Both the position numbers and the translations under genes were made by a program. The notes beneath the pieces are model-generated. The model worked only from the letters and a program-made list of their open reading frames with translations. It was not told where the DNA came from and did not search any database. 64,000 nt of DNA from Mobula hypostoma. Taxonomy: Eukaryota. Numbering within the stretch: position 1 is the first letter of the stretch; each line of letters begins with the position of its first letter. Positions 27,701 to 41,809 of the stretch are shown one piece after another. The stretch covers positions 21,142,001 through 21,206,000 of the forward strand of contig NC_086106.1 of the NCBI RefSeq assembly GCF_963921235.1. The letters are read 5' to 3'.

Positions 27701-28960
27701 TAGTTTTATCACCATGTGTATAGAATTGACTCTTAGTTTTGATTAATTGGCTTTCAATATAAGATGCTAATAAGAGATTATGTTCCATTTGAATTTCAAC
27801 CCTCTGTTTATAAAGCTCCTGATTAGGGGCTATATAATATTTCTTGTCAATTTCTTTAATCTTGTCAAGCAGTTTAATTATTTCACTATTAGTTCGCTTT
27901 TTAAATCCGGCAGTATATGAAATAATCTGCCAACAAATATATGTTTTAAAATTATCCCGTAATGTCCCACTGGAAATATCCACTGTAGAATTCGTTGTAA
28001 AGAAAAACAAATAATAATCTGCTCCTCAAAAAACCTGACAAAATTCTAGTTTTGAAGCAAAGTAGTAATAAATCGCCATTGTCTTGAATTAGTAAACGTA
28101 TCCCTTGACTTAATAGATAATTTCAACGGTGCATGATTAGAAACAGCAGTGGAATCATATTCGCAACCAGTAACAAGAGGAATTAATCTAGAATAGATAA
28201 AATATAGTCAATTCTTGAATAGTGATGATATACGTGTGGAAAAAAATAAAAGAACTCTTTCTCATTTGTATACAAGAATCTCCAAATTTCTGAGATTCCA
28301 GATTAGGTCATAAACAGTTAATCAGTGTAGCTGATTTATTCGGAAGTACTTGATTGGACAGGGATCTATCCATCAAAGGATGTAAACAACAATTGAAGTC
28401 TCCACCCATAATCAACATATAGTCATTTAAATTAGGAAGAGATGTAAAGAGATTCTTAAAACAATCGGGACAGTGAACATTTGGGGCATAAGCATTAAGC
28501 ATAACAACTTGTTTGTTAAATAAAAAAAAAACAGCAATTAACAAAAATCCGTCAGTCGGGACTGAATTCGTCTGATAGTGCAGTAATGCAATGGACGGAT
28601 CTATAAAAATAGAAACGTAGTTTATTTTGGCCTGTGAATCCCAGTGATATTTTTATTCCTTCCAGATAAAAAAAAAAAAAAACGCTGATTATCCTCTATC
28701 CGGACATGAGTTTCTTGTACAATGATAATGTGTTCATTCATCCTACTGAATACTTAGGAAAAAAAAAGGAAAAACATCTTCCTTTAATTAGGGTGGTTTA
28801 AAACATTTGTATTCCAAGAAAAAAAATACTAATCTTATCCATCGTAATGAGCTCGAGCATAAGGTATGTAAAGAGCTAGCCAGAGTACAAACTCATTTTC
28901 CCGGAAGACGAAAGTGGTCCAAAGAGAAACCGGAAGTTACGCCATTTCGCTTCAACCGCA
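24705..28960 (-). mobile_element. L1-clade LINE, ORF2 (EN, RT, C-terminal Zn knuckle), frameshifted
   Basis: LNAYAPN...LIMGGDFNC (EN), RGTRQGCPLSPLLF (RT), FTYLGVQI, PICDRC..SLTHMHW (C-terminal CCHC), and an A-rich tail on the minus strand at about 24705-24735. Confidence 0.92.
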
Positions 28961-30849
28961 CTCCTCAGTGCCCTGCCATCACCTTGTAAGATCTATCCCG
29001 GTTGGTCCTCCCATAGAGCAACACCTCACACCTGTTCGCATTAAATTCCATCTGCCAATGTTTTAGTCCCATTTTACCAACGGGTCCAGATCCTGCTGCA
29101 AGCTTTGGATTTCCTAATTGTCCACTACAACCCCCCTCCCCACCCCATTTACCGGATTCAAAAGGTGTTTTCCATTCTGCTAGTTCTTTAACCCTCACGG
29201 GGTACGTGACAATGCCCTGGGATCTTACCTTTCTTAATGTTATTTAACCGACCCAGTCAAGTTTTGATTTATGTTAAAATGCTTGAGCATATTCTTCACA
29301 CGCATTTCATCATCATCCACAATTGTTTTATCTATAAATAGTGTCTGAAGGAGTATGTTTGTGTCCTAGCCCATAGCCCCCTTCTCCTGCTACACGTTGC
29401 CTTCTTTTACCATTGTTTCGTCCCACCCACTTTGGAGTTGGCGTCCATCACGTGATTTTATGCACGATAATGGCGAGTGCAAATACAGCCATTTACCACG
29501 GAGAAACCGCTTTGTAAAATATGTTCATTGTAATCCGAAGACAATTCTACTGAAAGAACGTCCGTCTTACAGAGGTACTTAATCAGTGAGCTGCTGGTGT
29601 ATTGGAGTATTTGGACTGGTGTCAGATGCGCAGCCGACCCAGTGATCAAACAACGTGTCGGAGGCCGGTTTAGGTTCGGAGGAGATGCACTAGCTGCAGA
29701 CCCCGTTGCTCCCAGCTTCTCTGAAGAATCAACATTCGTGCAGGATAGCAATGGGAGATTATCTCGTATATTTCACTTGGGTTCGCAATTCCCTGCTGGA
29801 CATTGATAATATAAGTTGCCGCAGACCGGCAGACCGGCTTTTTTTTTGGTGCAGTTAAGTCGACATGGGAGCTATGTACTTTCGGATTGCCTGCTGATGC
29901 AGACCAGGTGAGAGTTGCAGAAGCGCAACAGTGTGGTGTCCTGGTGCGGCTGGGCCTTGAACTGTAGTGTGTTTTGTGTCTGATGCCCTCTGCTGTTATA
30001 GCACTGGAAAGAAAGGCCGTATGATGTTTTTGTTTCGAGTGAATAGCTTCTGAGAATTTGTTTCTTGCTTTTTTTTTGAATGTTTGTTTGCTATTTTTTG
30101 AATGTTTGGAAACTTGTCCGCAAAGGGATCTTGTTTCGTTCAGCTGCATCTATATATGGTTTGCATAATCATTAATCTTGATTTTATTATGATTTTTGTT
30201 TTGATTTCATTAATGCATATAATACATTGGAACTTTGCCACTATATTTGCCAGGGTTTTTTTATGCATCAGTGCCCTCAAATAAAGGAATATATTATCGT
30301 AGTGGGAATATTACCTGGTCCTAACTTGAAATATTTTTTTTTTCAATGCATTTGCACGAAATTGCAGAAATACAATAGAACTTACCGATAAGATACATAA
30401 ACATTGACTGACAAATAGCCATCGTGCAAAAGAAGAACTTATGCAAATAGAATAAACACGGGTAATAATAATGTTTGAAAGCCAATCTGTAGTTTGCCGA
30501 ATCAGTTCGGAATTCAGGTCAGTAAATTCAACTACGATCGAAACGTATGCTTTCGATTTCCTTGTGATAGCATAACTTGAGAAGAGATCATGACTCGGAT
30601 AGAGTGAGTGTTTGATTATGCATGCTGCTTTATTTTGGAAAATTTCCATGTGACATAATGGATTGGATGTATTTGCCTGTGAAAGATCGGGGTATATCTA
30701 TCATTTTCTATATTATTTTCTTCCAGGCCATTTGCAACGAGCTTATCATAATATCCCGTGACGCAGTCAGGTAGGATCCTTTACTTTGTAGTGACTTTGA
30801 AGTTTGTCAAATTTTAGTTGACATGAGAATTACGGACGCGTTTGAGAAA

Positions 30850-32010
30850 GCAGTGAGCAGACCTGTGTGATGGCATTTACTATCTAGTTCTAGGTCTTGC
30901 CAAGGGTAATGTTGACTAAAAGGAACTTATTACCTACTAACCCTCATTTATATGAATGGGGTAAAGAGGCTAACCACACAAACTTGTGGTGCTTCGGTGT
31001 TTTGGTGATTGTGGAAGAGACGTTCTTGTTATTCCGCAATAGCTGCGTATGCCAGTGAAGAAATCGAGGATTCTGCTACACAGGAATTCCCCAATGTTCA
31101 GTCTTGCAACTGATTGATGACTTTTGAGAGGATATTGTTGAATACTGAGCTGCAACCACTGAAGAGCATCGATCTTCACCCAAGCGTTCCAAAGCTGACT
31201 GAAGTCCCAATAACTTTGCAGGAGCTGTTGATCTGTTGTGGCAGCAGTAAGTATCTGCAGGGTTAGGTCTAGATTGAGATTCTTGATGAATAACATCTGG
31301 AAGCAGTTCATCAGAATAAATGGAAGTGTAACTGGGAAATGCCGCATCCTTCCTGGGCACCAGTGTGATGGAATCTTTTTAAAAGTACATGGATGCCTCA
31401 CATGGCCCAAACAATAGATTTACGACGTCTAGGTATTTAACTTAGGTCTACTATATTCCGTCAGAGACGCCGAATCGACTAGATGCCCTCCTTGTCCTCA
31501 GCCTCGTGAACGATGCTCCCACATCAATCCAGCTTCTTGCTTGTTAACCGTAGCATTCAGTTCATAAAGTGCTCGCGTGACTTCATTTGGCAGCATGCCA
31601 ACTAAAGGAAAAAATCACGGCAGAGAGCTTTGTCTGTATGCAGAACGGTCGTCAATATATCCTTAGATATTGCAGATGATTCCAAGCATCCGAACGAGTT
31701 TATAATGAAGCCGATATCGTCGATTTTTTTTTATTTTCGTATGCCACCTTTCTGTACGAACGGCGGATAAAGAGCTCCTTTGCCTCGAGCGGCGTCTCTG
31801 GAGTGTGTGGTTGAAAGGTGAGACAGTGGAACAGAGAACGTGGTGATCCATCGTTTTCCTCTGATACGGCCATTCTGAAATTAGTTCCTCTACTTTGTTC
31901 GCTAATGACACTACCGTGGCCAGAATGATGCTAAGAAGTAGTGGTAGTGTTCTCCTTAAATTGAACCGGGCTAAACTCTTTTTTCTTGCCATTTTGTTTT
32001 ACATTACAGC
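30850..32010 (-). mobile_element. Rex/Babar-like LINE fragments (EN start and RT)
   Basis: LLSIILATVVSLANKVEEL (EN N-terminus) and LCSRILDFFTG (RT). Confidence 0.7.
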
Positions 32011-32449
32011 TTCATGACGTACCAAAAGGGCCTAATGTGATATTATCTTTTTGAGAGTTGCTCACACTTTATATTTCTTTCAATCTAAACACATCCTCTC
32101 CAATAAGACAATAAAACAAAGGAGCAGAACTAGGCCATTCCACCAACCAAATTTAATCCGGTATTCTATCGGTATTCTATCATGTCTGATTCATTATTAA
32201 CACGATTATCCAGCCTTCTTCCTGTAACTTTGGGCTCCATTGCTAACGAAGAATCTATTGAACTCTTACTTAAATATATACTAATGATCTAGCCACAACC
32301 TTCTGTGGCAATGAACCGACTCAACCTGCAGGTTAACCTTTACGGTTACCTAAACGCTGAATCCGAAGTTCCTTTTGCAATTCTGATTTCTGTTTTTTTT
32401 TTCACGTTTAGAAAGTAGTCTATGGTTTTACCCATTCTTCCAAAGTGCA

Positions 32450-33630
32450 TGGCCGTCTCTGGCCAGAGGAAAGAGTAGTCCGATCAGGGACAGGGGAAGC
32501 CGACAAGCCAGTAGTATTTGTTTCCACCCAAAGCCGAGGAGACAGACGTCAGGCAGAGCCGTGGTAGTAGTGGACTCATAGTGAGAGGTACAGAAAAGGG
32601 CTTCTGTAGCAACAGGCGAGACTTAAAGATCATGTGTTGCCTCCCTGATGCCGGGATCCAGGATGTCACGGACCGATTGTAGGGAATCCTCAAGAGTGAA
32701 GGTGAACATCCGGAAGTGGTGGTGCATGTCGGCACAAATGACGTGGGGAAGAAGAGGAAAGACATTCTACAGCGTGACTTCAGAGAACTCGGAAGCAGGC
32801 TGAAAAGCAGGACTTCCAGGGTGGTTATCTCCGGTTTGCTTCCAGTTCCCCGTGCTGGAGTGGTCAACAACGGGGAGATAATGGATCTGAATGTGTAGCT
32901 GAGGAACTGGTGAAGGAAGCAGGGATTTACATTCCTGGACCACTGGCGTATGTTTCGGGGTAAGGATGAATTGTACAAAATTGAGGGTTGAACTTTAATA
33001 AGCGGGTCACCAGCATTCTGGCAGAAAGTTTTGCCTCTGCAACACGGGTGTGTTTAAACTAAGTAGTGGGGGGAGAGGACGAACTCGAAACATAAGGATG
33101 GAGATAAAGGGAAAGTGAGAATAAGAAAAGTTAAGAAAGACAGCAGAAGCAACAGAACCGAACGCTCAAGAAGGGATCGTGGCCAAGTGAAATAGGAATT
33201 GATATGGGAGGTGAGGGGAGTAATGAATTAAAAGTATTGTATATGGATGCACGGAGTATAAGAGATAAAGTGGATGAGCTTGAGGCACAGTTGGAAATTG
33301 GCCAGTATGATGTTGTGGGAATAACAGAGACATGGCTTCAAGTGGACAGGGCCAAGGAAATGAATATTCAAGGGTATACGGCCTATCAAAAGGACAGACT
33401 GATGGGCAGAGAGTGGTGGATATATAGAATTACCTGCCCCAGAAGGCTCTGGAGGCCAAGTCTCTGGATGCTTTCAAGAAAGAGATGGATAGAGCTCTTA
33501 AAGACAGCGGTATCAAAGGTTATGGGGATAAGGGAGGAACTGGATACTGATTGTGGATGATCAGCCATGATCACTGTAAAGGCGGTGCTGGCTCGAAGGG
33601 CCGAATGGCCTAGTCCTGCGCCTATTGTTT
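32450..33630 (+). mobile_element. Internally deleted CR1 (ORF1 + EN start fused to 3' end)
   Basis: Esterase ORF1 (VVVHVGTNDVG, RVVISGLLPVPRA), then LYMDARSIRDKVDEL...VGITETWL, then a jump at about 33415 to the terminal ORF2/3' UTR segment. Confidence 0.85.
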
Positions 33631-34149
33631 ATTATCACCCATTTTGTGGACTCTAAACTGATTCTTGCTGATGATAATACAATCATAACAACTGAATGTG
33701 GACAAAGGAGGCTTGAATTAATGATCTGCTAAACCTGGGGCCATTCTCAAACGTAGCTATGTGTTATGTAAATGGTGTGAATTGTGAACTGATTCTTTAC
33801 TCTTGGGCAATCTAATCAGAGCATTAAATCTGAAACCATTCTCAAAGTAGTAGCAAGAATCTCTAATCACGTTTGACTGTCAGGGCTGTTTCATTTCATT
33901 GGTTTGGACCAAGTATAGTGTAAAGGCGCAAATACACAAGGCAGAGGTGGGCAGAATCATGAAATAATATGGGTTGTAGCCATGTGCATTGCCCAGTAAG
34001 AAGGTGAACCAAGTAGGTCAAGTGACCTTGGGATTGAGATCCAATGGTCCAATTAAGGAGGAACACTCCGACACTCAGGAACTCGAAGTACCGACGGCGA
34101 TCACTCTCCAGCAGCCTAAGACCAACCATCGCGGGTACAGATGACCCCG

Positions 34150-35600
34150 TGGAAAAATGGGGAAGCGTAGACTCCTTTCTCGGTTAATACATTTTTTTTT
34201 TCCTTCCTTGAAAGCTCATGGTGTGTTTAGGGTTCTAATAGTGTGCAGAGAGGTAGGTAGCGTTCGGAAAGATCTTCTACACCCTCGCCAAAACCTCGAT
34301 AGTCTTTATACAATGCGGCAACTGAAACTGTATGAAATATCCTATGTGCCAGGTTAACAAGAATTGAATAATGCTGCTGCCCATTGGACGCAATGTTGCG
34401 ACTACTAAAGGCAGGTATGCCATATGTCTTCCTAACCTTTCTAACAAGCTGTGTAACCACTTCCATCGATTTATGCACAAAGACTGCAGTGTCCCTCAGC
34501 TCCTCAACACTTTTAAGGCTTTTTCCTTTAACAATCTACGACCTAATAACACTTGAGCTATCAAGCTGCAGCAATCCACATGGGCCGTCTTAAAGCTCAC
34601 CTGCTATTGCTCCGACCATATTTGGAACTTATCTATATCCCGCTGTATTATTTGCCAGTTCTACGCTATCCACACCACCACCAGTCTTAATACCATGTGC
34701 AAACTTACTATCTCATCAATATATATGTTCATTCAGGCCATTTATGAAAAAAAAGACGAACAGAGTAAGTGCCTGTCCAAATTCCTGTGGAAGACCACGG
34801 AACACAGACATCCAGCTCTAACCAGTACATTCTCTGTTCTGTTGACAAGTCAGTTCTGAATCGAAACAGTCTGTTCAAAATGGATCCTATGAATTGCTAA
34901 ACTACTGGAAAAGTATCCCATGAGGGATCTTGTCAAATGCCTTAATAAAATTGATATTGATAATATTCACACTCTGCCTTGCCCTTACACCATCGTAACG
35001 TCATCTAAACACTTAGCTCCTTGTATAAGTCATAACTTTTCCGTACAATGGCATTCGAGCACTCCTGAACTAGGACGTGATCTACATTGTTTTTTTTTTC
35101 AGATTCGAATTATCCTTCCTACTGAAATTTTCTCCTATTAGTTTTCGATCATTGACGTGAGACTCACTAGTCCCTACAGCCCAGAATTATGCTTGACACC
35201 CTTCTTGAATAACACAACAACATTAACTACACGGCGCTCCTGTGAGACCACGTCTGTGGCTGGAGAGGGCAGTAACATATTGCTCAATGTTACATTAATC
35301 TCGTTCTTTGCCTCCTTTAAAATCTTGGGCATTTCATGGTCCCTCCTCGTTATCCTAAATCCCTTCTTAAGCTCTTTTCGGGTTTATTTATAATTCCCAA
35401 GGGATCAGTCCGTTTCTAGCTTCTTAAGCTACATATACATTTCAATGTTCTTCTTGACTAATTTCATCATATTTCTCGATATCTGAGGTTCGTTTACTTT
35501 GCCGCCTTTTCCCTTCCTCTTTATCGGAACATATTTTTCCTGTTCTTTATACAGTTGGTCTTGAAATAGCCTACATACCACTGCATTCTGCTTTGAAGTC
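34150..35600 (-). mobile_element. CR1 LINE fragments, degenerate
   Basis: QLVRKVRKTYGIPAFSSR and QEKYVPIKRKGKGGKV on the minus strand. Confidence 0.7.
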
Positions 35601-35779
35601 TGAGATGGGATGCAATCCTCGACACATGTCACGTTTGCTATTTATTGTGAACCATGACTCAGTCTTGTCCCCGTATTGTTGTTTCGCAGCTTCTTGTTTT
35701 ATTATTATTATTTTTATTGCAACACCAACAAATTACATTCAATACAACCAGTTGCCAATTACAAAGCTGTTTCACAGCT

Positions 35780-36730
35780 TTGGTAGCTTTGTGCAGATTA
35801 TAGCTGTTTTTTCCTGAGCTCCTTCTGATTGCCGGCAGCGTAAGCTATCCGTCATACGATATGTGCTGCTCGCAGTGAACTATTGATCGGCGTTTCTGGT
35901 TCGGAAATACTCATCGTCGATGCGTTTCCGGATGAAAAACGTATTTTCATCCGTGAACTCGGAGACATCCTCATCATGGATGGCATTCCAGTCGACGTCT
36001 TCGAAGCATTCCTGCAGGATAGAGACTGATTGATCGGATCAAAAGTGGACGGTTGTAACTATGGACGCTTCTTCTTAAAGCTTCTGCCTGTACGTCGGCA
36101 AAAACAGGATCGAGACTGATCTGATTTTCCAAGAGGCTGGCGAAGACGAGCTTTGTAAGCCTTGTGGAATGGAGTGTAATTGTGGTCCATTGTGGTATCT
36201 CCACAAGTGTCACCTGTATATCCTGAAAAAAAAACAAACAAAAAAAAACAAACAAACTTCAGAGAGATTTTATTCAGAAACGCTCGATTAAAGACACGCC
36301 GACGATGAAGTCAGCCTCTGGGTTTACAGTCCCCAGCGTGTACATAGAGCCGTACAGTTCCTTGAGAGCCAGATCAATATGGCCCGGGGGCGGAAGGTAT
36401 CGCTCTGTGATTGATAACAGCCGTGAAGTCCCGAGGCAGCCAGTCGGGTCTCCACACTAACACCGGGTATTCCAGGTCTGGGGAACAAAACGATTTGAGG
36501 CCATCAATATTCTCGGAGTCGCAGAAAGCATTGTTGATCCTTAAGCATACCCCTTCTATTTACTCATCCTAGAGAGGTTTTTTGTCCCGTCCGCCTGGAA
36601 CATGTAGAACCCAGGGTGATCAATAACGGGGTCCGGTATCTCCTTCATGAACCAGATCTCCACGAAGTACAAAAGATTACATTCATTTGATTCCAGTATA
36701 GTTATTATGAAATTAACCTATTCACTAAAG
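35780..36730 (-). mobile_element. Rex/Babar-like LINE EN region
   Basis: LGKSDQSRSCFC, QSLSYPAGMLRRRRLEC (frameshifted LQDCFE..DW), DPVIDH-like segment. Confidence 0.6.
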
Positions 36731-37559
36731 GAATGTTTAAACAAACAAAAACATGAATTAGCACTAGAGCAAGAATGAAACCAACCTAAAAACTCATCAA
36801 TGCTATAAAATAAATTAATGACATGACGCCATCATAAGAATTGACGGATGTTCAATTACGTCATCAATTGCTCCACAACCAGACAGTAATTGCAAAAACA
36901 GGGACGTAGAGCGTTCAAGGGATGTTGACGACTAAGCTGACTTACAGACAAAATTATGTTAACGTTTAACACCACAGAATACATGGACACTGAGCCAACA
37001 TAAAGACGCTACATGCCCAATGAAAACAGGGGATCAATATTTGCAAAAAAAGAACAAATGCGGATACTCTCAACAATAGTTTATTACGAAAATATTTAGG
37101 AAATCTAAAAAAAAAACATTTGAAACACTGCACAAATAACACCTTGCACGGCATTAATATTATCAAGCAAAAGAAAAAATAAATCATCAAAATATCAGTG
37201 CCGTTTTTCCAGGGCGAATCTCAAAGCCAACTAAGATTTTGTGTCACTCTTTCCACGGTCTCTAATGCACTGAATTAAACTAATATATAGTGTTAAATCA
37301 GAGATAACTGAACGAATTCTATTGAATTTTGACACAACTTCTGTAGATGGGTGTTATAACGTTAAACATTGCTTCATCAATATTGCTGAAGCAATAAATA
37401 GTAGGAATATTTCTGGATATATAAGCAAGAACTTTCTACTAGATAAAGGCAGTATACTAAAAGTAAACCTGCAATAGAGCGAGTAAAATATAAAACAAAA
37501 CAACAGTATGCAATAGAACTGATGGATAGATATGAGGCAGACAAGTATCCCATCTCCCA

Positions 37560-40500
37560 GGTTAGGGCAGCCACCACACAGGACGGTGGAAGAATGGTCT
37601 TGGGGTTAGGAAGGCCCTCTTCTGAGACTTGTTGACGAGCGATAGAGATATCCCGCTTCCCGTTCTTGGAGCCAGGAATATAGGTGAGTGTGAATCTGAA
37701 ACAGCCAAAAAGTAATGCCGAACGGGCTTGGCAGAATTTACGCTTTCGGCGGTTTGGCTATATGGGAGTTTCTTGTAGTCCGTCCAGACGATGAATAAAT
37801 ATTCAGCTGACTTCAGCCAGTGCCTCCCCTCCTCCAAAGCGAGTTTGAAGGCCAGTAACTCCCCGTTCCCAACGTCGTAGATGCGTTCGGCGGGGGATAG
37901 ACAACGAGGGAAGAAGTCGCAGCGATGGAGTTTTTGGTCTGGGCCGGAAGGTGGGGAGAAACCGCTCCCACCTCAGAGTCGGAAGCGTCGACTTCCGTAA
38001 TGAATTGACGAGAGGGGTCAGGTTAGGCCATGATTGGAGCGGAAGTGATATGCTTCTTTAGCTCCGAGAAGGCTGAGTGCTCTTCGGGGATCCAGTGAAA
38101 AGGGGTCGCAGGGAGAGGTGAGTCGAGTAAGGAGCGCTTCCACACGGCTGTAATCCCTGATGAAGCGATGGTAGAAGTTTGACAACCCCAGAAATCTCTG
38201 AAGTTGCTTGAAAGTCGTAAGCTTTGGCCACTCCGCCACCGCCCAGATCTCTTTAGGATCCGCCCTCATTTGCCCGCTCTGAATGATATAACCCAGGAAA
38301 CTGACAGAAGGGATATAGAACTCGCACTTCTCTGTCTCAGCGAAAAACTTGTTATCCAAAAGCATCTGAAGAAACTGACGGACTTGCTGGGTGTTATCCT
38401 GAATACTGCGGGAGAGGATTAGGATGTCTTCCAACTAAACGTAAACGAAACGGTTAATGAAGTCCCTAAGGCCATTGTTTACAAGGGCTTTGAAGACGTC
38501 GGGGGCATTGGGGAAACTGAATGGAATTAGCAGATATTCGAATTGACCAAGAGGGGTGTTACAAAATGTTTTCCACTCATCTTCCTAGCTTATGCTGACC
38601 AGATGATAGGCACTCAACAGTTCCAACATAAAGAACATCGTGGCTCTGTGAAGGGGCTCGAAAGCAGAGTTGAGAAGGGGCAGTCGATTTTTTATGGTGA
38701 TGCTATTCAGGCCACGGTAATCAATGCAGGGGAGTAGTGTGCCGTCTTTCTATCCCCACATGGAAGAAACCAGCGATTACGGGGAGATGATGGTCGGGTA
38801 ATGCAAACTGCGATATAATGATTTAGGTAGCCTTCATTGCTTCCCTTTCTGGTCGGGACAGGTTATACAGCCGACTGATGGGTAGAGGGGCTCCGAGGAG
38901 AAGGTCAATTGGACAATCGGAAGGGCGATGTGAGGCAAGGAATAGGCCCATTGTTTGCTAAACACTTCTCCCAGATCGTGATACTCTGCTGGAACCTTGG
39001 ATGAGTCGGGGTGTTCAGAGGCAGACAAGGTCGCTGTGACTTCCACTGGGGAAAGGGCTGATGTAGACGAGTGGAGTTACAGAACGAATTTTAGCTGACT
39101 ATATTCCCGGTGGACCAGTCAGTCTCGGGGTTATGTGGGTTAACTATAGAAGCATGAGGAGAGTAAATTAAATTAAATCGTACCTGATCTCGATGGTTCC
39201 CGGAGAGAAGGAGAGACAAGGGTGGTGTGAAATCTGTTACTCGGGCCAGTACTCTACCGTCTAGTGCCCGGGCTTCCAGGGGCGCACCCGACTAGGAATT
39301 CCGGACTGGAAAGCTAAGTCTTTATCCAAAAGGTTTCCCTTGGCGCCGGAGTCTACCTGCGCTGACAGAGGCTGTAAAGTAGATTGAAGCTGTATCCGGC
39401 TACGAGGAACAGAAGGGAATGTCGTCTGGCTCACCAGGGTCCCCCTTTCTACTGGTGATCATTCCGTTTCTGGCCGAAGAGGACAGGGAACACGGATGTG
39501 GCCAGACTGGCAGCAATATACAGACTCATCCGCTTCAATCTCCGTAGTCGTTCTGTAGGGGAAAGGCGGTTCTGTCCCAGCTGCATGGGTTCCTCTCCTG
39601 GAGCAGTGGATACGGCCGGGCCGGGAGCTACTCCAGGAGCACGAGGGGGAGAGAGGCTTGTTCTTGCGAGAGGCGGAAATGAGTGCCGTGGAGAGGCCAA
39701 AGGTCGTGGACGACTCGTGCTTTCTCAATGGCGTGCGATTATATTGTCCAATCTGGTGGCTAGAGAGATCAAGGAATCCAAGCTGTCGGTGTCGCCACTT
39801 GCCGTCAGCTCGTCTTTCACCATGTCGCTGAGACCATTCCGAAATACCCCTTGGAGTGCCTCATCGTTGCACCCCTATTTGGATATTAACATCCGGAACT
39901 CCACGGAATATTCGGCAACACTGCGTGAGCTCTGAATGAGAGTCCGTAAAGGCTGGGCGGCGTCTTTACCACGGGCGTGGTGGTCAAAGAACTTTCTCAT
40001 TTCTGTGATAAAGGTGGCGAAAGAAGAGTAGATATCCAGTTGGTTATCCTAAACAGCTCGGCCGTCGCTAAGGCACTTCATCGCAACAACCCCACGATGA
40101 TCAATCTTTGACGTATCCGTCGAGTACGTGGACAACTGCTGTTGGAACATCAAGGAACACTGAAGAAGGAAGGCTCGGCATTTCCCCAAATCGCTAGCGT
40201 GGTGTTTTGGGTCAGGTACGTGATGCTTTCACGGCGGGGGTGTTTCTGACACGTAGGGGTTTGCTACTACAGGGTGTCTGGGCTGGCTGGACAGGGATGC
40301 TGGAGTGGATGGGGTAAAATGAGTTGATACACTGTCAACCTGGTCACCGAACTTCGTAACAACAGCAGACAGGGAACGGAGGTTCTGCATGCACTCACGG
40401 AGGTAGTAGGGAACCCTGACTGGCGAGGGTTTGTGGAAGTGTATTGGTGTCCGCTGGCTCTATAGTGTCCAGATCGTTCTGTTCCAACAGAAGAGGCGAA

Positions 40501-40960
40501 CCCAGGCGCAGAAAACAGGCACGGGTATTTAGCTAGGATGCAGACGCGGGAATGAGCGCTGAACGGCAAACAGGAGGAAGAGCAGGAAGGCAGGAGACAG
40601 GCAGAATTTATCCTGACACGAAGAGACTGGGTTCCACAAGTAAACCTCGGAACTGGCGCAGAATTTAGAAAACTGATCTTGTCACGGAGAGACTGAATTT
40701 CACAGATAAATCTCGCTACCGAAGCAAAACTTAGGACACACAATCCTAAGCGAACGGGAAGGGTTAATTCCCACACGGCAAAACAAACGATCTGGCAACT
40801 AGTGGGTGCAAAGCCTGGGTTCTTATGCTGCAGGACTTGAAGAAAACCAGGTGTACAGTCATCAAAGGAAATTAGAAGAAAAAGGGGAATTGACCTCGGA
40901 ACAGTGGCAGAAACATGGAGATTTAGGAGAAATTTGAGAATTAACGGTCGGGACTGTGAA
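37560..40960 (-). mobile_element. Ty3/Gypsy (sushi-like) LTR retrotransposon, 3'-truncated, degenerate
   Basis: Gag (EEPMQLGQNRLSPTERLRR), RT (EDILILS...EKCEF...SFLGYI...FLGLSNFYHRFI) and RNase H (EEGRHWL..IVWTD). No integrase is seen before 37560. The putative 5' LTR lies at about 40490-40960. Confidence 0.9.
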
Positions 40961-41149
40961 ACAAAAAAAAAACTATTTCCTCACCAACCTATTACTATGT
41001 TTATCGTCATCATTTTCCGTCTTGTGATCACGGTGTCATGATCATGGTTGTTCTTGGCAAATTTTCTGCGGAAGTGGTTTGTCATTGCCTCCTTCTAAGC
41101 AATGTCTTTGTAATACGGGAGACTCCAGCCATGATCAATATTCTTCAGA

Positions 41150-41620
41150 AAATAACCTCAGTGGTCGCATAACAAAGAGATTGGATATGCCGCAGCTGCT
41201 CAAACGAACACGACCACCTGCCTCTACTGCTTCACGTGACTCTGCACGATGCGCTACGAAGGTCGAACACCTGTTGAAGTGTGACGTGCACGTTAGCACG
41301 GAAATGGAATACATTGAGAGAGAAGTATATCCCTTTTATCGATACGATAATCCATAATAGCCATACAGATGCGGTATTACTGGATAATCAAGCAAGAACA
41401 ACTTACTTTATAGATGCAGGCCTTCAACGACACATAACACACAGAAATCAATACATTTTAAAAAAGTCAATAAAAAATAGCATTAAACAGCTATGCCAAC
41501 ACAGAAATGCGTAGGTTAATCTCCTAAATCTCACAATACTAAACCCCACGAGAGTTTTCCGTAAGTTCCGAGCAAATGAGAAAAGAAGTATTTCCTTCGT
41601 TATACTCGTAATTAAGATAG
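41150..41620 (+). mobile_element. Dong/R4-like non-LTR fragment with restriction-like endonuclease C-terminus
   Basis: IIHNSHTDAVLLDNQARTTYFID resembles the NRPD(I)IL.D....LID REL-endonuclease motif. Confidence 0.6.
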
Positions 41621-41809
41621 GGAAAAAAAAAACATCGTAAATTAACATAGGAGGTAATAGTGTCGATTCAACCGATGGACAAGGAAAGGATGAAGCATTG
41701 GCGTCTTGTTGTATTGGTGTCGAACTGAGCTCTTGACTTCAGAGTGATAGCGAGAGTTATGGAAAATACACATTAATCAGCATTTTTACAAGGATACATT
41801 AGAAAACCA

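Noticed and set aside
29450-29730. Acceptor followed by HWV..SP and GRSFS, a possible V relic
   Set aside because: No Cys pair, many stops, no RSS.
37140-37190. Hydrophobic MIYFFFCLIILMPC on the minus strand, leader-like
   Set aside because: The donor is not phase 1 and no V exon follows; probably a low-complexity AT-rich artefact.
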